A DNA stretch of 32,000 bases from Longivirga aurantiaca (GTDB lineage: Bacteria; Actinomycetota; Actinomycetes; S36-B12; CAIYMF01). The notes beneath the pieces were generated by a model. The model saw nothing but the letters and a program-made list of their open reading frames with translations, ran no database searches and was not told where the DNA came from. The position numbers and the translations under genes are program-made. The stretch's first letter is position 1. The number at the start of each line of letters is the position of its first letter. Where the stretch lies: the NCBI RefSeq assembly GCF_042660085.1, contig NZ_JBHSTI010000008.1:630001-662000 (forward strand). Direction: 5' to 3'. Shown piece by piece: positions 21,118-31,405 of this stretch.

Positions 21118-24100
21118 CTACGCGAAGGCGGCGGCGACGAGCTCGGCCTGCTCGCGCTCGTGCACCTTGTGGGTGCCCACGGCGGTGGTGGCGGCGGCCG
21201 GGCGCGAGACCCGGCGCAGCGCGCGGCCGTCGAGCGTGGGGAGGTTGAGCACGACGAACGGCCAGGCGCCCTGGTTGGAGGGCTCCTCCTGCACGAACAC
21301 CAGCTCGGCGTCGGGCGGGAAGGCCGCGATCGCCGCCGTCAGCTCCTCGACCGGTAGAGGGGCGAGGCGCTCGAGCCGCACGATCGCGACGTCGGTGCGA
21401 CCGGACTTCTCGCGCTCGGCCAGCAGGTCGTACGTGACCTTGCCCGTGCAGATGAGCACGCGGCGCACGCCGGTCGGGTCGACGGCGTCGTCGCCGATGA
21501 CCGGGCGGAAGGTGCCGGAGGTGAAGTCCTCCTTGGCCGAGCCCGCGGCCTTGAGGCGCAGCATCGATTTCGGGGTGAGGACCACGAGCGGCTTGTGGTG
21601 GGGCGCGATGGCCTGCCAGCGCAGCAGGTGGAAGTACGAGGCCGGCGTCGAGGGCATGGCCACGGTCATGTTGTCCTGCGCGCACATCTGCAGGTAGCGC
21701 TCGATGCGCGCCGAGGAGTGGTCGGGCCCCTGGCCCTCGTAGCCGTGCGGCAGCAGCAGCGTGACGCCGGAGGTCTGGCCCCACTTCTGCTCGCCCGAGG
21801 TGATGAACTCGTCGATGATCGTCTGCGCGCCGTCGGCGAAGTCGCCGAACTGCGCCTCCCACAGCACGAGGGCGTCGGGGCGGGCGACCGAGTAGCCGTA
21901 CTCGAAGCCCATCGCGGCGTACTCCGACAGCAGCGAGTCGTAGACGAAGTAGAAGCCCTGGTCGTCGCTCAGCTTGGCGAGCGGCGTGTGCTCGGCACCC
22001 GTCACGCGGTCGACGATGACGGCGTGGCGCTGGCCGAACGTGCCGCGGCGGGAGTCCTGGCCCGCGAGGCGCACGGTGCGCCCCTCGAGCAGCAGCGACC
22101 CGAACGCGAGCGTCTCGCCCATCGCCCAGTCGATCGTGGCGTCCTGCACCATCTGCGCGCGGCGCTGCAGCTGCGGCGCCAGACGGGGGTGGACGGTGAA
22201 GCCGTCGGGCATGTTCAGCTGGCTGTCGACGATCCGCTTGACCGTGTCGTCGCTGATCGCGGTGGTGACCACGGCCGGGAACGGCGGCGGCTCCGGGTGA
22301 TGCTTCTCGGTCGGGTGCGCCAGGGCGTCGCGCGTCTCGGTGAAGACCCGCTCGAGCTGCTCCTGGTAGTCGCGCAGCGCCTGCTCGGCCTCCTCGACCG
22401 AGATGTCGCCGCGCCCGATGAGCGCCTCGGTGTAGAGCTTGCGGGTCGAGCGCTTGGCGTCGATGAGGTTGTACATCAGCGGCTGCGTCAGCGACGGGTC
22501 GTCGGCCTCGTTGTGGCCGCGCCGGCGGTAGCAGACCATGTCGATGACGACGTCCTTGTTGAACCGCTGGCGGAACTCGAACGCCAGTCGGGCCACCCGG
22601 ACGACGGCCTCGGGGTCGTCGCCGTTCACGTGGAAGATCGGCGCCTGCACCATGCGCGCGACGTCGGTCGAGTAGACCGACGAGCGCGACGACTCCGGTG
22701 CGGTGGTGAAGCCGACCTGGTTGTTGACGACGATGTGGATCGTGCCGCCGGTGCGGTAGCCGCGCAGCTGCGACAGGTTGAGGGTCTCGGTCACCACGCC
22801 CTGGCCGGCGAACGCGGCGTCGCCGTGCAGCAGCACGGGCAGCACCGAGAAGACCTTGCCGCGGGGGAGCATGTCCTGCTTGGCGCGGACGATGCCCTCG
22901 AGCACCGGGTTCACGGCCTCGAGGTGCGAGGGGTTGGCCGCGAGGTAGACGGGGATGGTGGCCCCCGACTCGGTCGTGAAGGTGCCGCTCGTGCCGAGGT
23001 GGTACTTCACGTCACCGGAGCCCTGCACCGAGCCCTCGACCTCGAAGTCGCCCTCGAACTCGCGGAAGATCTGGTCGTACGACTTGCCGGCGATGTTGGC
23101 GAGCACGTTCAGGCGGCCGCGGTGCGGCATGCCGACGCAGGCCTCGTCGAGGCCCGCCTCGGCAGCTGCGGTGATGACGGCGTCCATGAGCGGGATGACC
23201 GACTCGGCGCCCTCGAGCGAGAACCGCTTCTGGCCGACGTACTTGGTCTGCAGGAACGTCTCGAACGCCTCGGCGGCGTTGAGCTTGCGCAGGATCCGCA
23301 GCTGCTCGTCGCGCTCGGGCTTGTCGTAGCGGCGCTCGACCCGCTCCTGGATCCAGGAGCGCTGCTCCGGATCCTGCATGTGCATGTACTCGATGCCGAT
23401 CGTGCGGCAGTAGGCGTCGCGCAGGACGCCGAGGATGTCGCGCAGCTTCTTGAACGGCTTGCCGCCGAAGCCGCCGGTGGCGAACTCGCGGTCGAGGTCC
23501 CAGAGGGTGAGGCCGTGGCTCGCGACGTCGAGGTCGGAGTGGTGGCGCTGCTTGTACTCGAGCGGGTCGGTGTCGGCCATGAGGTGGCCGCGCACGCGGA
23601 ACGCGTGGATCATCTCGTGCACGCGGGAGGTCTTGTCGAGGTCGTCGTCGTGCGCGGTCGCGATGTCGGCGGCCCAGCGGATCGGCTCGTAGGGGATGTG
23701 CAGCGCGCGGAAGATGTCGTCGTAGAAGCCGTTGTCGCCGAGCAGCAGGCCGTGGATGTAGCGCAGGAACTCGCCCGACTGCGCGCCCTGGATGATCCGG
23801 TGGTCGTACGTCGAGGTCAGTGTCGTGACCTTGCTGATCGCGTGGCGCGCGATCGTCTCGATCGCGGCACCCTGCCACTCGGCGGGGTAGTCCATCGCGC
23901 CGACGCCGACGATGAGGCCCTGGCCCGACATGAGGCGCGGCACGGAGTGCACGGTGCCGATGCCGCCGGGGTTGGTGAGGCTCGCGGTGGTGCCGACGAA
24001 GTCGTCGACGACCAGCTTGTTGCCGCGGGCCTTGCGCACCATCTCCTCGTAGCTCGACCAGAACGTCGCGAAGTCCATCTGGTCGGCGCCCTTGATGCTG

Positions 24101-24825
24101 GGGACCAGCAGCTGGCGCGTGCCGTCGGGCTTGGCGAGGTCGATCGCGAGGCCGAGGTTGATCTGCTGGTTCTTCACGACGGCCGGCTTGCCGTCGACCT
24201 CGGTGAAGCCGTAGTTCATCTCGGGCATGGCCTTGAGGCCCTGCACGACGGCCCAGCCGATGAGGTGCGTGAACGACACCTTGCCGCCGCGCCCGCGGGC
24301 GAGGTGGTTGTTGATCACGATGCGGTTGTCGACGAGCAGCTTCACCGGGATCGCACGCACCGACGTGGCGGTCGGGACCGTGAGGCTCGACTCCATGTTG
24401 GTGACGACGCGGGCCGCCGGGCCCTTGAGCACCGTGGGCTCGACGCTGGCGACCGCGACCTGGGGGGCTGCGGGCACGGGCACCGCGGCCGGAGCGGCCG
24501 GAGGAGCGGTGGGCTTCGGGGCCACCTCCGCCTCGGGCTTCATCGGCTGCGGCGCGTCGTGCGCGGCCACCTCGACGTCGAGGGCGACCTCGGCCGCCTC
24601 GGCCTCGGCGCGGGCCGCGGCCCGGACGGCCGCCGACGCGGCCACGAGGTCGGCGCCTGCGTGCTCGGTGGGCACGTAGTCGGCGAAGAAGTCCCACCAC
24701 GCGGGGTCGACGCTCTTCGGGTCGGTCAGGTACTGCTGGTAGATCTCGTCAACCAGCCACTCGTTCGGACCGAATGCAGCGAGCCGGGCGCTCTGGTCCG
24801 ACGGTTCCGACGTCGACATCGACAT
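21118..24825 (-). CDS. kgd: Multifunctional 2-oxoglutarate decarboxylase/dehydrogenase E1 with fused E2-like succinyltransferase domain (Kgd/OdhA type)
   Basis: Start at the ATG at 24823-24825 ([33 protein letters not shown]). Ala/Pro-rich linker, acyltransferase core [16 protein letters not shown], and E1o regions [16 protein letters not shown] and [24 protein letters not shown]. 1235 aa, the usual size for the actinobacterial enzyme. Confidence 0.95.
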   Translation of the reverse strand: MSMSTSEPSDQSARLAAFGPNEWLVDEIYQQYLTDPKSVDPAWWDFFADYVPTEHAGADLVAASAAVRAAARAEAEAAEVALDVEVAAHDAPQPMKPEAEVAPKPTAPPAAPAAVPVPAAPQVAVASVEPTVLKGPAARVVTNMESSLTVPTATSVRAIPVKLLVDNRIVINNHLARGRGGKVSFTHLIGWAVVQGLKAMPEMNYGFTEVDGKPAVVKNQQINLGLAIDLAKPDGTRQLLVPSIKGADQMDFATFWSSYEEMVRKARGNKLVVDDFVGTTASLTNPGGIGTVHSVPRLMSGQGLIVGVGAMDYPAEWQGAAIETIARHAISKVTTLTSTYDHRIIQGAQSGEFLRYIHGLLLGDNGFYDDIFRALHIPYEPIRWAADIATAHDDDLDKTSRVHEMIHAFRVRGHLMADTDPLEYKQRHHSDLDVASHGLTLWDLDREFATGGFGGKPFKKLRDILGVLRDAYCRTIGIEYMHMQDPEQRSWIQERVERRYDKPERDEQLRILRKLNAAEAFETFLQTKYVGQKRFSLEGAESVIPLMDAVITAAAEAGLDEACVGMPHRGRLNVLANIAGKSYDQIFREFEGDFEVEGSVQGSGDVKYHLGTSGTFTTESGATIPVYLAANPSHLEAVNPVLEGIVRAKQDMLPRGKVFSVLPVLLHGDAAFAGQGVVTETLNLSQLRGYRTGGTIHIVVNNQVGFTTAPESSRSSVYSTDVARMVQAPIFHVNGDDPEAVVRVARLAFEFRQRFNKDVVIDMVCYRRRGHNEADDPSLTQPLMYNLIDAKRSTRKLYTEALIGRGDISVEEAEQALRDYQEQLERVFTETRDALAHPTEKHHPEPPPFPAVVTTAISDDTVKRIVDSQLNMPDGFTVHPRLAPQLQRRAQMVQDATIDWAMGETLAFGSLLLEGRTVRLAGQDSRRGTFGQRHAVIVDRVTGAEHTPLAKLSDDQGFYFVYDSLLSEYAAMGFEYGYSVARPDALVLWEAQFGDFADGAQTIIDEFITSGEQKWGQTSGVTLLLPHGYEGQGPDHSSARIERYLQMCAQDNMTVAMPSTPASYFHLLRWQAIAPHHKPLVVLTPKSMLRLKAAGSAKEDFTSGTFRPVIGDDAVDPTGVRRVLICTGKVTYDLLAEREKSGRTDVAIVRLERLAPLPVEELTAAIAAFPPDAELVFVQEEPSNQGAWPFVVLNLPTLDGRALRRVSRPAAATTAVGTHKVHEREQAELVAAAFA

Positions 24826-24835
24826 CCCTTGTGAG

Positions 24836-24874
24836 AAGACACTGTTAAGACACGGACGGCCCGGTGTTACCGGG
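24836..24874. promoter_or_regulatory. Possible operator in the kgd/SDR divergent intergenic region
   Basis: Direct repeat AAGACAC at 24836-24842 and 24847-24853 (11-bp register), followed by the hairpin CCCGGT-GTT-ACCGGG at 24860-24874. Confidence 0.25.
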
Positions 24875-25011
24875 TCGTGTTCATGCGGCCAGCGTACGCC
24901 GTTCGCACCCCTCGTCCTCGCACGGACCACGCGGGTTCCGCCGTACGGCACGTACGCCGCGCCGAGCGGCGGGCGCACCCTCTCGGGGCGCTCTCGCCCG
25001 GGGTGCGCGTG

Positions 25012-25797
25012 ATGGCGTCCGACCTCAGAGTGGGGAGCATGGACCCCGACCACGTGCTGGACGACGTCGCACCCGACGCCCTCGAGGGCAGGGTCGCCCT
25101 CGTGACCGGCGGCTCCCGCGGGATCGGCCTCGCGGCCGCCCACGGCATGGCCAGGCTCGGCGCCACGGTGGTGCTCGTCGGCCAGGACGCCGGCCGCGCC
25201 GAGGCCGCCGCGGCGGCGCTGGTGGCCCAGGGGCTCGACGCCGTCGGCCGCGGCTGCGACGTGGCCGACCCGGCCTCGGTCGCCGCCCTGCACGACTCGC
25301 TCGGGCCGCTGGCCGACGTCGACGTCCTCGTGCTCGCGGCGGGAGTCATGAGCGAGCGCACGGCCAAGACACTGCGGACGACCCCGGAGGAGTGGCGGCG
25401 GGTCATGGGGGTCAATCTCGACGGGGTCCACCACGTGGTGCAGGCCTTCGCGCCCGGCATGGCCGCCCGGCGCGACGGGCGCATCGTGACGGTGAGCGCG
25501 TGCCTCGGCCGGATGTCCGGGCCGGGCACAGCGGGCGGGCTCGCGGCGTACCGCGTCAGCAAGGCCGCGGTGAACGGCTACACCAAGAACCTTGCGGCCG
25601 AGCTCGGAGGCGGACGCCGCGGCGTGCTGGTCGACGCCGTGTGCCCTGCCCACTGCCGCACCGACATGGGCGGCCCGGACGCGCCCCGTAGCGCGGAGCA
25701 GGGGGCGGCCACGGCCGTGTGGCTCGCGGCGCGCCCCCTGCTCGACGGGGTCGAGACGGGCGTGCTGTGGGAGGACCGGGAGGTCGTCCCCTGGTGA
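25012..25797 (+). CDS. SDR family oxidoreductase
   Basis: ATG at 25012, in frame within ORF 24877..25797. Cofactor motif [13 protein letters not shown] and catalytic YRVSKAAV (YxxxK). Confidence 0.85.
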   Translation: MASDLRVGSMDPDHVLDDVAPDALEGRVALVTGGSRGIGLAAAHGMARLGATVVLVGQDAGRAEAAAAALVAQGLDAVGRGCDVADPASVAALHDSLGPLADVDVLVLAAGVMSERTAKTLRTTPEEWRRVMGVNLDGVHHVVQAFAPGMAARRDGRIVTVSACLGRMSGPGTAGGLAAYRVSKAAVNGYTKNLAAELGGGRRGVLVDAVCPAHCRTDMGGPDAPRSAEQGAATAVWLAARPLLDGVETGVLWEDREVVPW

Positions 25798-25803
25798 GCG
25801 GCG

Positions 25804-26601
25804 TCAGGTGACGTCGCGACGCTGGGTGGTGAGTGCGGCGAGCGCGCCGAACACCACGGCGTACCCGATGAGCACCAGGGATGCGGCCCACACCGGGAGG
25901 TACTCGGTGCCGCTGAACCCCGTGGTCTGCAGGACGCCGAAGAGCGCGCCGCCCGGCAGCCACTTGCCCACCGCCGGGAGGAACACCACGACGAGCTGCT
26001 CGATCAGCAGCACCCACACGAGGATGCCGAGGATCGCGGCGATCTGGTTGCGGATCAGCGTGCCGAGGGCGACGCCGACGACGGCGAAGAGCGCGCACCC
26101 GAGGATCGCGCCACCAGCGATCTGCCAGAGCGCGTCGGCGGGGACCGCCGCGTGGTCCTTCAGCGGCAGCAGGGCGAACGCCAGGAGGTAGCCGAAGGCG
26201 ACGCCGACCGCGCCGTAGATCGCCCCGATGACGCCGTACGCCGCCATCTTCGCGATCATCACCTTGTTGCGCCTCGGCTCGGCGAGGAAGGTCGAGGTGA
26301 GCGTCTGGTGCCGCAGCTCCTGGGTCATGCCGAGCGCGCCGAGCACGATCGCGAACACGTAGGCGCCGCCCGCCTGGGCGAACAGGTTCCGCATCCCCGG
26401 CTCGGTCTCGAGCGTGGGCACGTCCACGCCCGGCTGGGTGGGCGCGAAGATGCTGGCGATGACGCCGATGCCGATGTAGAGCACGACGCCGATCAGCATC
26501 GCGAGCCACATCTTCGTGCTCGTGACCTTGAGGATCTCCGCCGAGACGAGGCGCTGACGGGGGGTCGACGCCTGGGCAGGGGCGGTGAGCGTGGCGGTCA
26601 T
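25804..26601 (-). CDS. ABC-2 type transporter permease
   Basis: ATG at 26599-26601 (MTATLTAPAQAS...) overlaps the upstream stop (ATGA). 265 aa with about 6 hydrophobic helices. The rest of ORF 25804..27363 is an Arg/Pro-rich artefact. Confidence 0.8.
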   Translation of the reverse strand: MTATLTAPAQASTPRQRLVSAEILKVTSTKMWLAMLIGVVLYIGIGVIASIFAPTQPGVDVPTLETEPGMRNLFAQAGGAYVFAIVLGALGMTQELRHQTLTSTFLAEPRRNKVMIAKMAAYGVIGAIYGAVGVAFGYLLAFALLPLKDHAAVPADALWQIAGGAILGCALFAVVGVALGTLIRNQIAAILGILVWVLLIEQLVVVFLPAVGKWLPGGALFGVLQTTGFSGTEYLPVWAASLVLIGYAVVFGALAALTTQRRDVT

Positions 26602-27548
26602 GAGGTGGCTCCGTCCGTGGGTGCGCTGGTGAGCGCGAGGAAGACCTGCTCGAGGTCGTCGACGCCGGGTCGCAGCTCGTGCAGCTCGATGCCGGCGCCG
26701 AAGGCGATGCGGCCGACGTCTGCCGACTCGAGGCCGTCGACGAGCACCTCCTCGTCGGTGCGGTGGACCGTCGAGGCCGGCGCCGCGGACGCCAGCGCAG
26801 CCACGAGCTGGTCGGTGCTCGGGGTGCGGACGACGACGTGCGCCCGCCCGGTGGTGAGCTCGGTGAGGGGGCAGGCCCGGACGAGGCGGCCGTTGGCGAT
26901 GATCACGACGTCGTCGACGGTCTGCTCGACCTCGGACAGCACGTGGCTCGACACGATGACCGTGCGGCCCTGGCCCGCGAGGTAGCGCAGGAACGAGCGC
27001 AGCCAGGCGATGCCCTCGGGGTCGAGTCCGTTCGCGGGCTCGTCGAGGACGAGCACTCCGGGGTCGCCGAGCAGCGCGGCGGCCAGCTGGAGCCGCTGAC
27101 GCATGCCGAGGCTGAAGCCCCCGACGGCGCGGCCGGCGGCGTCGGCCAGGCCGACCGACTCGAGCACGACGGGCACCCGCGCCTCGTCGAGGCCGCCGGA
27201 GCGGGCGAGCACGCGGAGGTGGTTGGTGGCGGTGCGACCGGGGTGGAAGCCGGTGGCCTCGAGCGCCGACCCGACGACGCGCATCGGGGCGTGCAGGTCG
27301 TGGTAGCGCTTCCCGCCGATGGTGGCGCTGCCCGATGTCGGCTCGACGAGGCCGAGCAGGCATCGCAGGGTGGTGGTCTTGCCCGCGCCGTTGGGCCCGA
27401 GGAAGCCGGTGACCCGGCCGGGGGTGACGGTGAAGCTGAGGTCCTGGACGGCGTGCACGCCGCCGAAGTGCTTGGTGAGGCTCGTGACCTCGATGGGCGC
27501 TCCGACGACCGTGCCCGCGGGGGTGCCGCTGGTGCTGGTCTGCGTCAT
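26598..27548 (-). CDS. ABC transporter ATP-binding protein
   Basis: Start at the ATG at 27546-27548 (MTQTSTSG). Walker A GPNGAGKTT, signature FSLGMRQRLQLAAAL, Walker B VLVLDEPANGLD, H-loop SSHVLSE. Confidence 0.9.
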   Translation of the reverse strand: MTQTSTSGTPAGTVVGAPIEVTSLTKHFGGVHAVQDLSFTVTPGRVTGFLGPNGAGKTTTLRCLLGLVEPTSGSATIGGKRYHDLHAPMRVVGSALEATGFHPGRTATNHLRVLARSGGLDEARVPVVLESVGLADAAGRAVGGFSLGMRQRLQLAAALLGDPGVLVLDEPANGLDPEGIAWLRSFLRYLAGQGRTVIVSSHVLSEVEQTVDDVVIIANGRLVRACPLTELTTGRAHVVVRTPSTDQLVAALASAAPASTVHRTDEEVLVDGLESADVGRIAFGAGIELHELRPGVDDLEQVFLALTSAPTDGATS

Positions 27549-27643
27549 GCCTCCACCCTGCCGCGTGCAGGAGCCGCCGACCACCGGTTATGCCCTCGAC
27601 GCAGCCCTGAGCCGTCCCGGGGTCGACCCTGAGCGACGGGTGG

Positions 27644-28489
27644 TCATCGCTGCGTGAGCAGGGTCTCCAGGCGCGCGATGGTCTGCTGCTGCTCGGCGAG
27701 CATGCGGTGCAGATCGTCGACCTTGTCGTGCAGCTCGGCCCGGCGGTCCTCCTCGGCCGCAGCGGCGCTCTCCTCGGCCGCGACGTCGTCCGCAGACTTC
27801 CTCGGCGCGATGAACGCGTTGGCGAGGAAGCCGGTGAGCGTGCCGAAGATGCCGACCCCGAGCACGATGATGCCGACCCCGAGCACCCGACCGAGGTTCG
27901 TCACGGGGAACTGGTCGCCGTAGCCGACGGTCGAGATGGTGACGAGGACGTACCAGAGGGCGTCGGACGCGGACGTGATGTTGGCGCCCTCCACCGGTTG
28001 CTCGATCCGCAGCATCGCGAGGCTGCCGAACTCCAGCACGAGCACGGCGATGAGCAGCAGGAGGAACAGCGCGGTCTCCGCACGCTCCTTCACGAGGGCC
28101 GTCAGAAGGCGCTTGGTGCCGTAGACCTTCGCGAGGCGCCACACCTTGATCAGGCGGAAGACGCGCAGGACCTTCAGCTGGGGCAGCGGCAGCGAGGCTC
28201 CGAGGTCGGCCCAGCCGAACTCGCGCCAGAAGTAGTGGCCCTTCACCGGCGCCTTGCGCATCCGGTAGAGGAAGTCGAAGAACAGGACGAGCGAGAGCAG
28301 CAGGTTCATCGACTGCAGCACGTACTCGAGCGCCTGGTCCTCGACCATGAAGATCAGGACCAGGTTGATGATCGACAGGATCGACAGCGCGGCGACGAAG
28401 ATCTCGTAGCCCGTGTTGTCGATCATCGGCACGGGCTCGGTGCCGCGCTGCGCCTCGGTCGTGGCGATGCCCTCGGGCTGGGTGCTCAT
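27644..28489 (-). CDS. Voltage-gated-type (6TM) potassium channel
   Basis: 281 aa. S4-like segment LKVLRVFRLIKVWRLAKV with a basic residue at every third position. Selectivity filter TVGYGD. C-terminal helical tail ELHDKVDDLHRMLAEQQQTIARLETLL. Confidence 0.85.
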   Translation of the reverse strand: MSTQPEGIATTEAQRGTEPVPMIDNTGYEIFVAALSILSIINLVLIFMVEDQALEYVLQSMNLLLSLVLFFDFLYRMRKAPVKGHYFWREFGWADLGASLPLPQLKVLRVFRLIKVWRLAKVYGTKRLLTALVKERAETALFLLLLIAVLVLEFGSLAMLRIEQPVEGANITSASDALWYVLVTISTVGYGDQFPVTNLGRVLGVGIIVLGVGIFGTLTGFLANAFIAPRKSADDVAAEESAAAAEEDRRAELHDKVDDLHRMLAEQQQTIARLETLLTQR

Positions 28490-28565
28490 CGGTGCCTCCT
28501 CGCGACCGCCCGCGCGGTCGTCCCGGTAGGGAGTATGGATCTCCGGCAGGGCGAGGTGCGGGAGG

Positions 28566-29180
28566 TCAGTAGCGGGGCGGTACGCCGTCGGGTATCCGCA
28601 CGGGCTCGCCGAGCTCGACCTCGACCTCGCGGAGGCCGTCGGCGTACTCGTCGCGGATCACGGTGCCGGCCGCCAGCATCATGCGGTGCGAGGCCTCGTT
28701 CTCGGGCGAGATGACGGCCGAGAAGCGGCGGATGCCCTCGTCGTGGGCGCGTCGTGCCAGGGCCAGCATCATCAGGGTGCCGGCGCCCTGGCCCTGGATG
28801 TCGTCGGCGATGGTGACGGCGACGTCGGCGCACTCCGGGTCGGCCGGGAGGCGGATGAACCGGGCGTCTCCGAGCAGGACGTCGGCCTGCGAGTGGCGGG
28901 TCCACCAGAGCGCGAGCGCGACGTGGTCGTGCTGGTCGACCTGGTCCACGAGCTTGTCGAGGCCGCGGGAGGAGAGCACGCCCTTCCCGGTCAGGAATCG
29001 CAGGTACTTGCTGCGGTCCGAGAGCCCGACGAAGCCGTCGGCGAGCGCCTCCCGGTCGTGGGGGTGCAGGGGCCGGATGACGAGGTGCAGGCCGCTCTTC
29101 AGCGTCACCCGCATGTAGATGTCGGGGCGCTCGGGGTCGACCTCGCCCAGCGGGTCGACGCTTATCTGGCCCTCGCTCAT
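28566..29180 (-). CDS. GNAT family N-acetyltransferase
   Basis: 204 aa. Motif A region VTIADDIQGQGAGTLMMLALARRAHDEGIRRF. Confidence 0.75.
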   Translation of the reverse strand: MSEGQISVDPLGEVDPERPDIYMRVTLKSGLHLVIRPLHPHDREALADGFVGLSDRSKYLRFLTGKGVLSSRGLDKLVDQVDQHDHVALALWWTRHSQADVLLGDARFIRLPADPECADVAVTIADDIQGQGAGTLMMLALARRAHDEGIRRFSAVISPENEASHRMMLAAGTVIRDEYADGLREVEVELGEPVRIPDGVPPRY

Positions 29181-29205
29181 GCAGCCAGGATGCCGTACGC
29201 CGGGC

Positions 29206-30279
29206 TCAGCGGTTCCCGAGCCCCGCCAACGTCGCGGCGACCAGCTCGCCGATCGACTCGAGGTGGTAGCCGCCCTCCTGGACCGCGAGCGTCGGCAGCC
29301 CGAGCGTTGCGAGCCGGTCGCCGGCCGCGCGGTGCGCCTCGACGCTGACGTCGAGAGGGGACTCGGGGTCGGCCGCTGCGGAGTCGACGCCGAGGCTCAC
29401 GACGAGGGCGGTCGCGCCCGACGCCTCGACCTTCTCCACGAGGCGCGACACGGCGTCGAGCCACGCGGCGTCGGCCGTGCCCGGCGCCAGGGGGATGTTC
29501 AGGTTCGCACCGACGCCGTCGCCGCGGCCGGTCTCGTCGGCGAACCCGGCGTAGTGCGGGAACCACCCCGCACCGGGATCGACGTGCAGCGACGCGTAGA
29601 GCACGTCGGCCCGGTCGTAGAAGAGCGCCTGGGTTCCGTTGCCGTGGTGGGCGTCGAGGTCGACGACGGCGACGCGCTCGTGCCCCGCGTCGCGCAGCGC
29701 CTGGGCGGCGATCCCCGCGTTGTTGAGGTAGCAGGACCCGCCGTACGCCGACCGCGTGACGTGATGGCCGGGAGGGCGGACCAGGGCGTACGCGAGCGGG
29801 GTGCCGCCGACCACCGCGTCGACCGCCGTCAGCGTGACGTCGACCGCGGCACGGGCGGCGGTCCAGGTGCCGGGTCCGACGAGCGTCATCGTGTCGTAGC
29901 ACCAGCGGCCGGCCGCGGCGTGGACGGCCGTGGGCTCGCGCTCGGGCAGGCCGTCGAGCATCCCCGCTGTCGGCATGAGGTAGGGCACCACGCGGTCCTG
30001 GCCGGGCTCTTCGGGGAACCCCGCGGCGACCCAGCGGTCGTAGACGGTGCGGAGGTGCTCGACGAGGCGCGGGTCGTGGACGCGCAGCAGCACGTCGTCG
30101 TCGTGGGCCGCGGCGTCGCGCACCTCGTGCCCGCGGGCGACGAGCTCGGCCTCGATCCGTGTGGCCCGCTCGGGCAGCTCGGTGCCCGGCGTACGGACGC
30201 CGACCCAGATCTCGGCCGTGGGGACATGCAGCAGGCAGTCGGCCGATCGCACGACCAGAGCGTTCATGTGGGCGAGCAT
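29206..30279 (-). CDS. Histone deacetylase family protein (acetylpolyamine/acetoin-utilisation deacetylase-like)
   Basis: Motifs LVRPPGHHV, VVDLDAHHGNGTQALFY and EGGY. The start is uncertain: MLAHM at 30279 or MNALV at 30267. The longer ORF to 30852 is rejected. Confidence 0.8.
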   Translation of the reverse strand: MLAHMNALVVRSADCLLHVPTAEIWVGVRTPGTELPERATRIEAELVARGHEVRDAAAHDDDVLLRVHDPRLVEHLRTVYDRWVAAGFPEEPGQDRVVPYLMPTAGMLDGLPEREPTAVHAAAGRWCYDTMTLVGPGTWTAARAAVDVTLTAVDAVVGGTPLAYALVRPPGHHVTRSAYGGSCYLNNAGIAAQALRDAGHERVAVVDLDAHHGNGTQALFYDRADVLYASLHVDPGAGWFPHYAGFADETGRGDGVGANLNIPLAPGTADAAWLDAVSRLVEKVEASGATALVVSLGVDSAAADPESPLDVSVEAHRAAGDRLATLGLPTLAVQEGGYHLESIGELVAATLAGLGNR

Positions 30280-30316
30280 GCCAGCGCGGAGGTCGGGGGT
30301 CGGGCAGGATCGGCGC

Positions 30317-31405
30317 ATGACGACGCTTGCTGACCTCGGAGTCAGGATCGGGACGCTCCCGCGGGGTTCCACGAACTCGGTGATCGACGTCCCGGGTGCG
30401 GGCCTCGGCCACGCCACGGTGGTGTACGACGAGCCCAACCCGCCGGAGGGCCGCGGCCTCGCACGCACCGGCGTCACCGTGGTCGACCTCGGCGGCGACC
30501 CGTTCCTGGAGCCGGTTCCGGCGGGCGTCGCGCTGCTCAACGGGGCGGGCGAGCTCACCTCGCGCTCGCAGATGGACGAGTGGGGAGTGGCGGAGACGCC
30601 GGTGTTCCTCACCTCCACGATGCAGGTCGGGCGCGTGTACGACTCCGCGTGCCGCCTGCTCATCGAGGAGCAGCCGCGGATCGGCGTCGACGACTTCCTC
30701 ATCCCCGTGGTCGGCGAGTGCGACGACTCGTGGCTGAACGACGCGCGCTGGATGCACGTGACGCACGAGCACGTGCGCGACGCCCTGGCCGCGGCCCGCG
30801 CGTCGGTGGGCTCGGGCATCGCACCCGACCAGGGCGCGGTCGGGGCAGGCACCGGGATGTCGTGCTACCAGTGGAAGGGCGGCATCGGCACGTCGTCGCG
30901 CGTGCTGCCGGCCGGCCACGTGGTCGGCGTCGTGCTGCTGTGCAACTTCGGCCAGTGGGACCGGCTCACGATCGCGGGCGTCCCTGTGGGGCAGCTGCTC
31001 GGACGCCCGGCGCACGTGCCCCCGCCGCCTGCCGGCTCGTGCCTCGGCGTCGTCGTCACCGACGCCCCGATCGACCACCGCGGCTGCGAGCGGCTCGCCA
31101 CGCGCATCGGGCTCGGTCTCGCGCGGACCGGCTCGACCGCGCACCACGGCAGCGGCGAGATCTTCATGGCGGCGGCCACCGGGCTGCGCGCACCGCGCGG
31201 CACGGCGTCGGCGAAGGCGCCGCTCACCGGCCGCGAGCTCGACCCGTACTTCGAGGCGGTGGTCGATGCGTCGGAGGAGGCGGTCGTGAACTGCCTGCTC
31301 TCGGCGCACGACGTCACCGGCGTCGGAGGCAAGACGGTCCCCGCGCTGCCCCGCGAGGCCGTGGCCGAGCTGCTCGACCGCCACTACGCCGGGCCGCGCG
31401 CGTGA
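30317..31405 (+). CDS. P1/S58 (DmpA-type) aminopeptidase family protein
   Basis: ATG at 30317 (MTTLADLGVRIGTLPRGSTNSVIDVPG). GAGTGMSCYQWKGGIGTSSR and ARTGSTAHHGSGEIF are typical of the DmpA/Ntn family. Confidence 0.8.
   Translation: MTTLADLGVRIGTLPRGSTNSVIDVPGAGLGHATVVYDEPNPPEGRGLARTGVTVVDLGGDPFLEPVPAGVALLNGAGELTSRSQMDEWGVAETPVFLTSTMQVGRVYDSACRLLIEEQPRIGVDDFLIPVVGECDDSWLNDARWMHVTHEHVRDALAAARASVGSGIAPDQGAVGAGTGMSCYQWKGGIGTSSRVLPAGHVVGVVLLCNFGQWDRLTIAGVPVGQLLGRPAHVPPPPAGSCLGVVVTDAPIDHRGCERLATRIGLGLARTGSTAHHGSGEIFMAAATGLRAPRGTASAKAPLTGRELDPYFEAVVDASEEAVVNCLLSAHDVTGVGGKTVPALPREAVAELLDRHYAGPRA

Noticed and set aside
21595-24834. 1079-aa ORF antisense to kgd, and ORF 23012..24700 in another kgd frame
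   Set aside because: They are shadow ORFs of a 1235-aa gene with unmistakable Kgd/OdhA motifs, and their composition is not protein-like.
24826-25653. N-terminal extension of kgd to 1511 aa (ORF 21118..25653)
   Set aside because: The extension is antisense to the SDR gene and Arg/His/Gly-rich. The canonical Kgd N-terminus MSMSTSEP...[12 protein letters not shown] starts at 24825.
25659-25666. A further TGTCGGTG match on the minus strand
   Set aside because: It is intragenic (inside the SDR gene), and the sequence 8 nt downstream is GGCAGG, not a TAnnnT -10 element.
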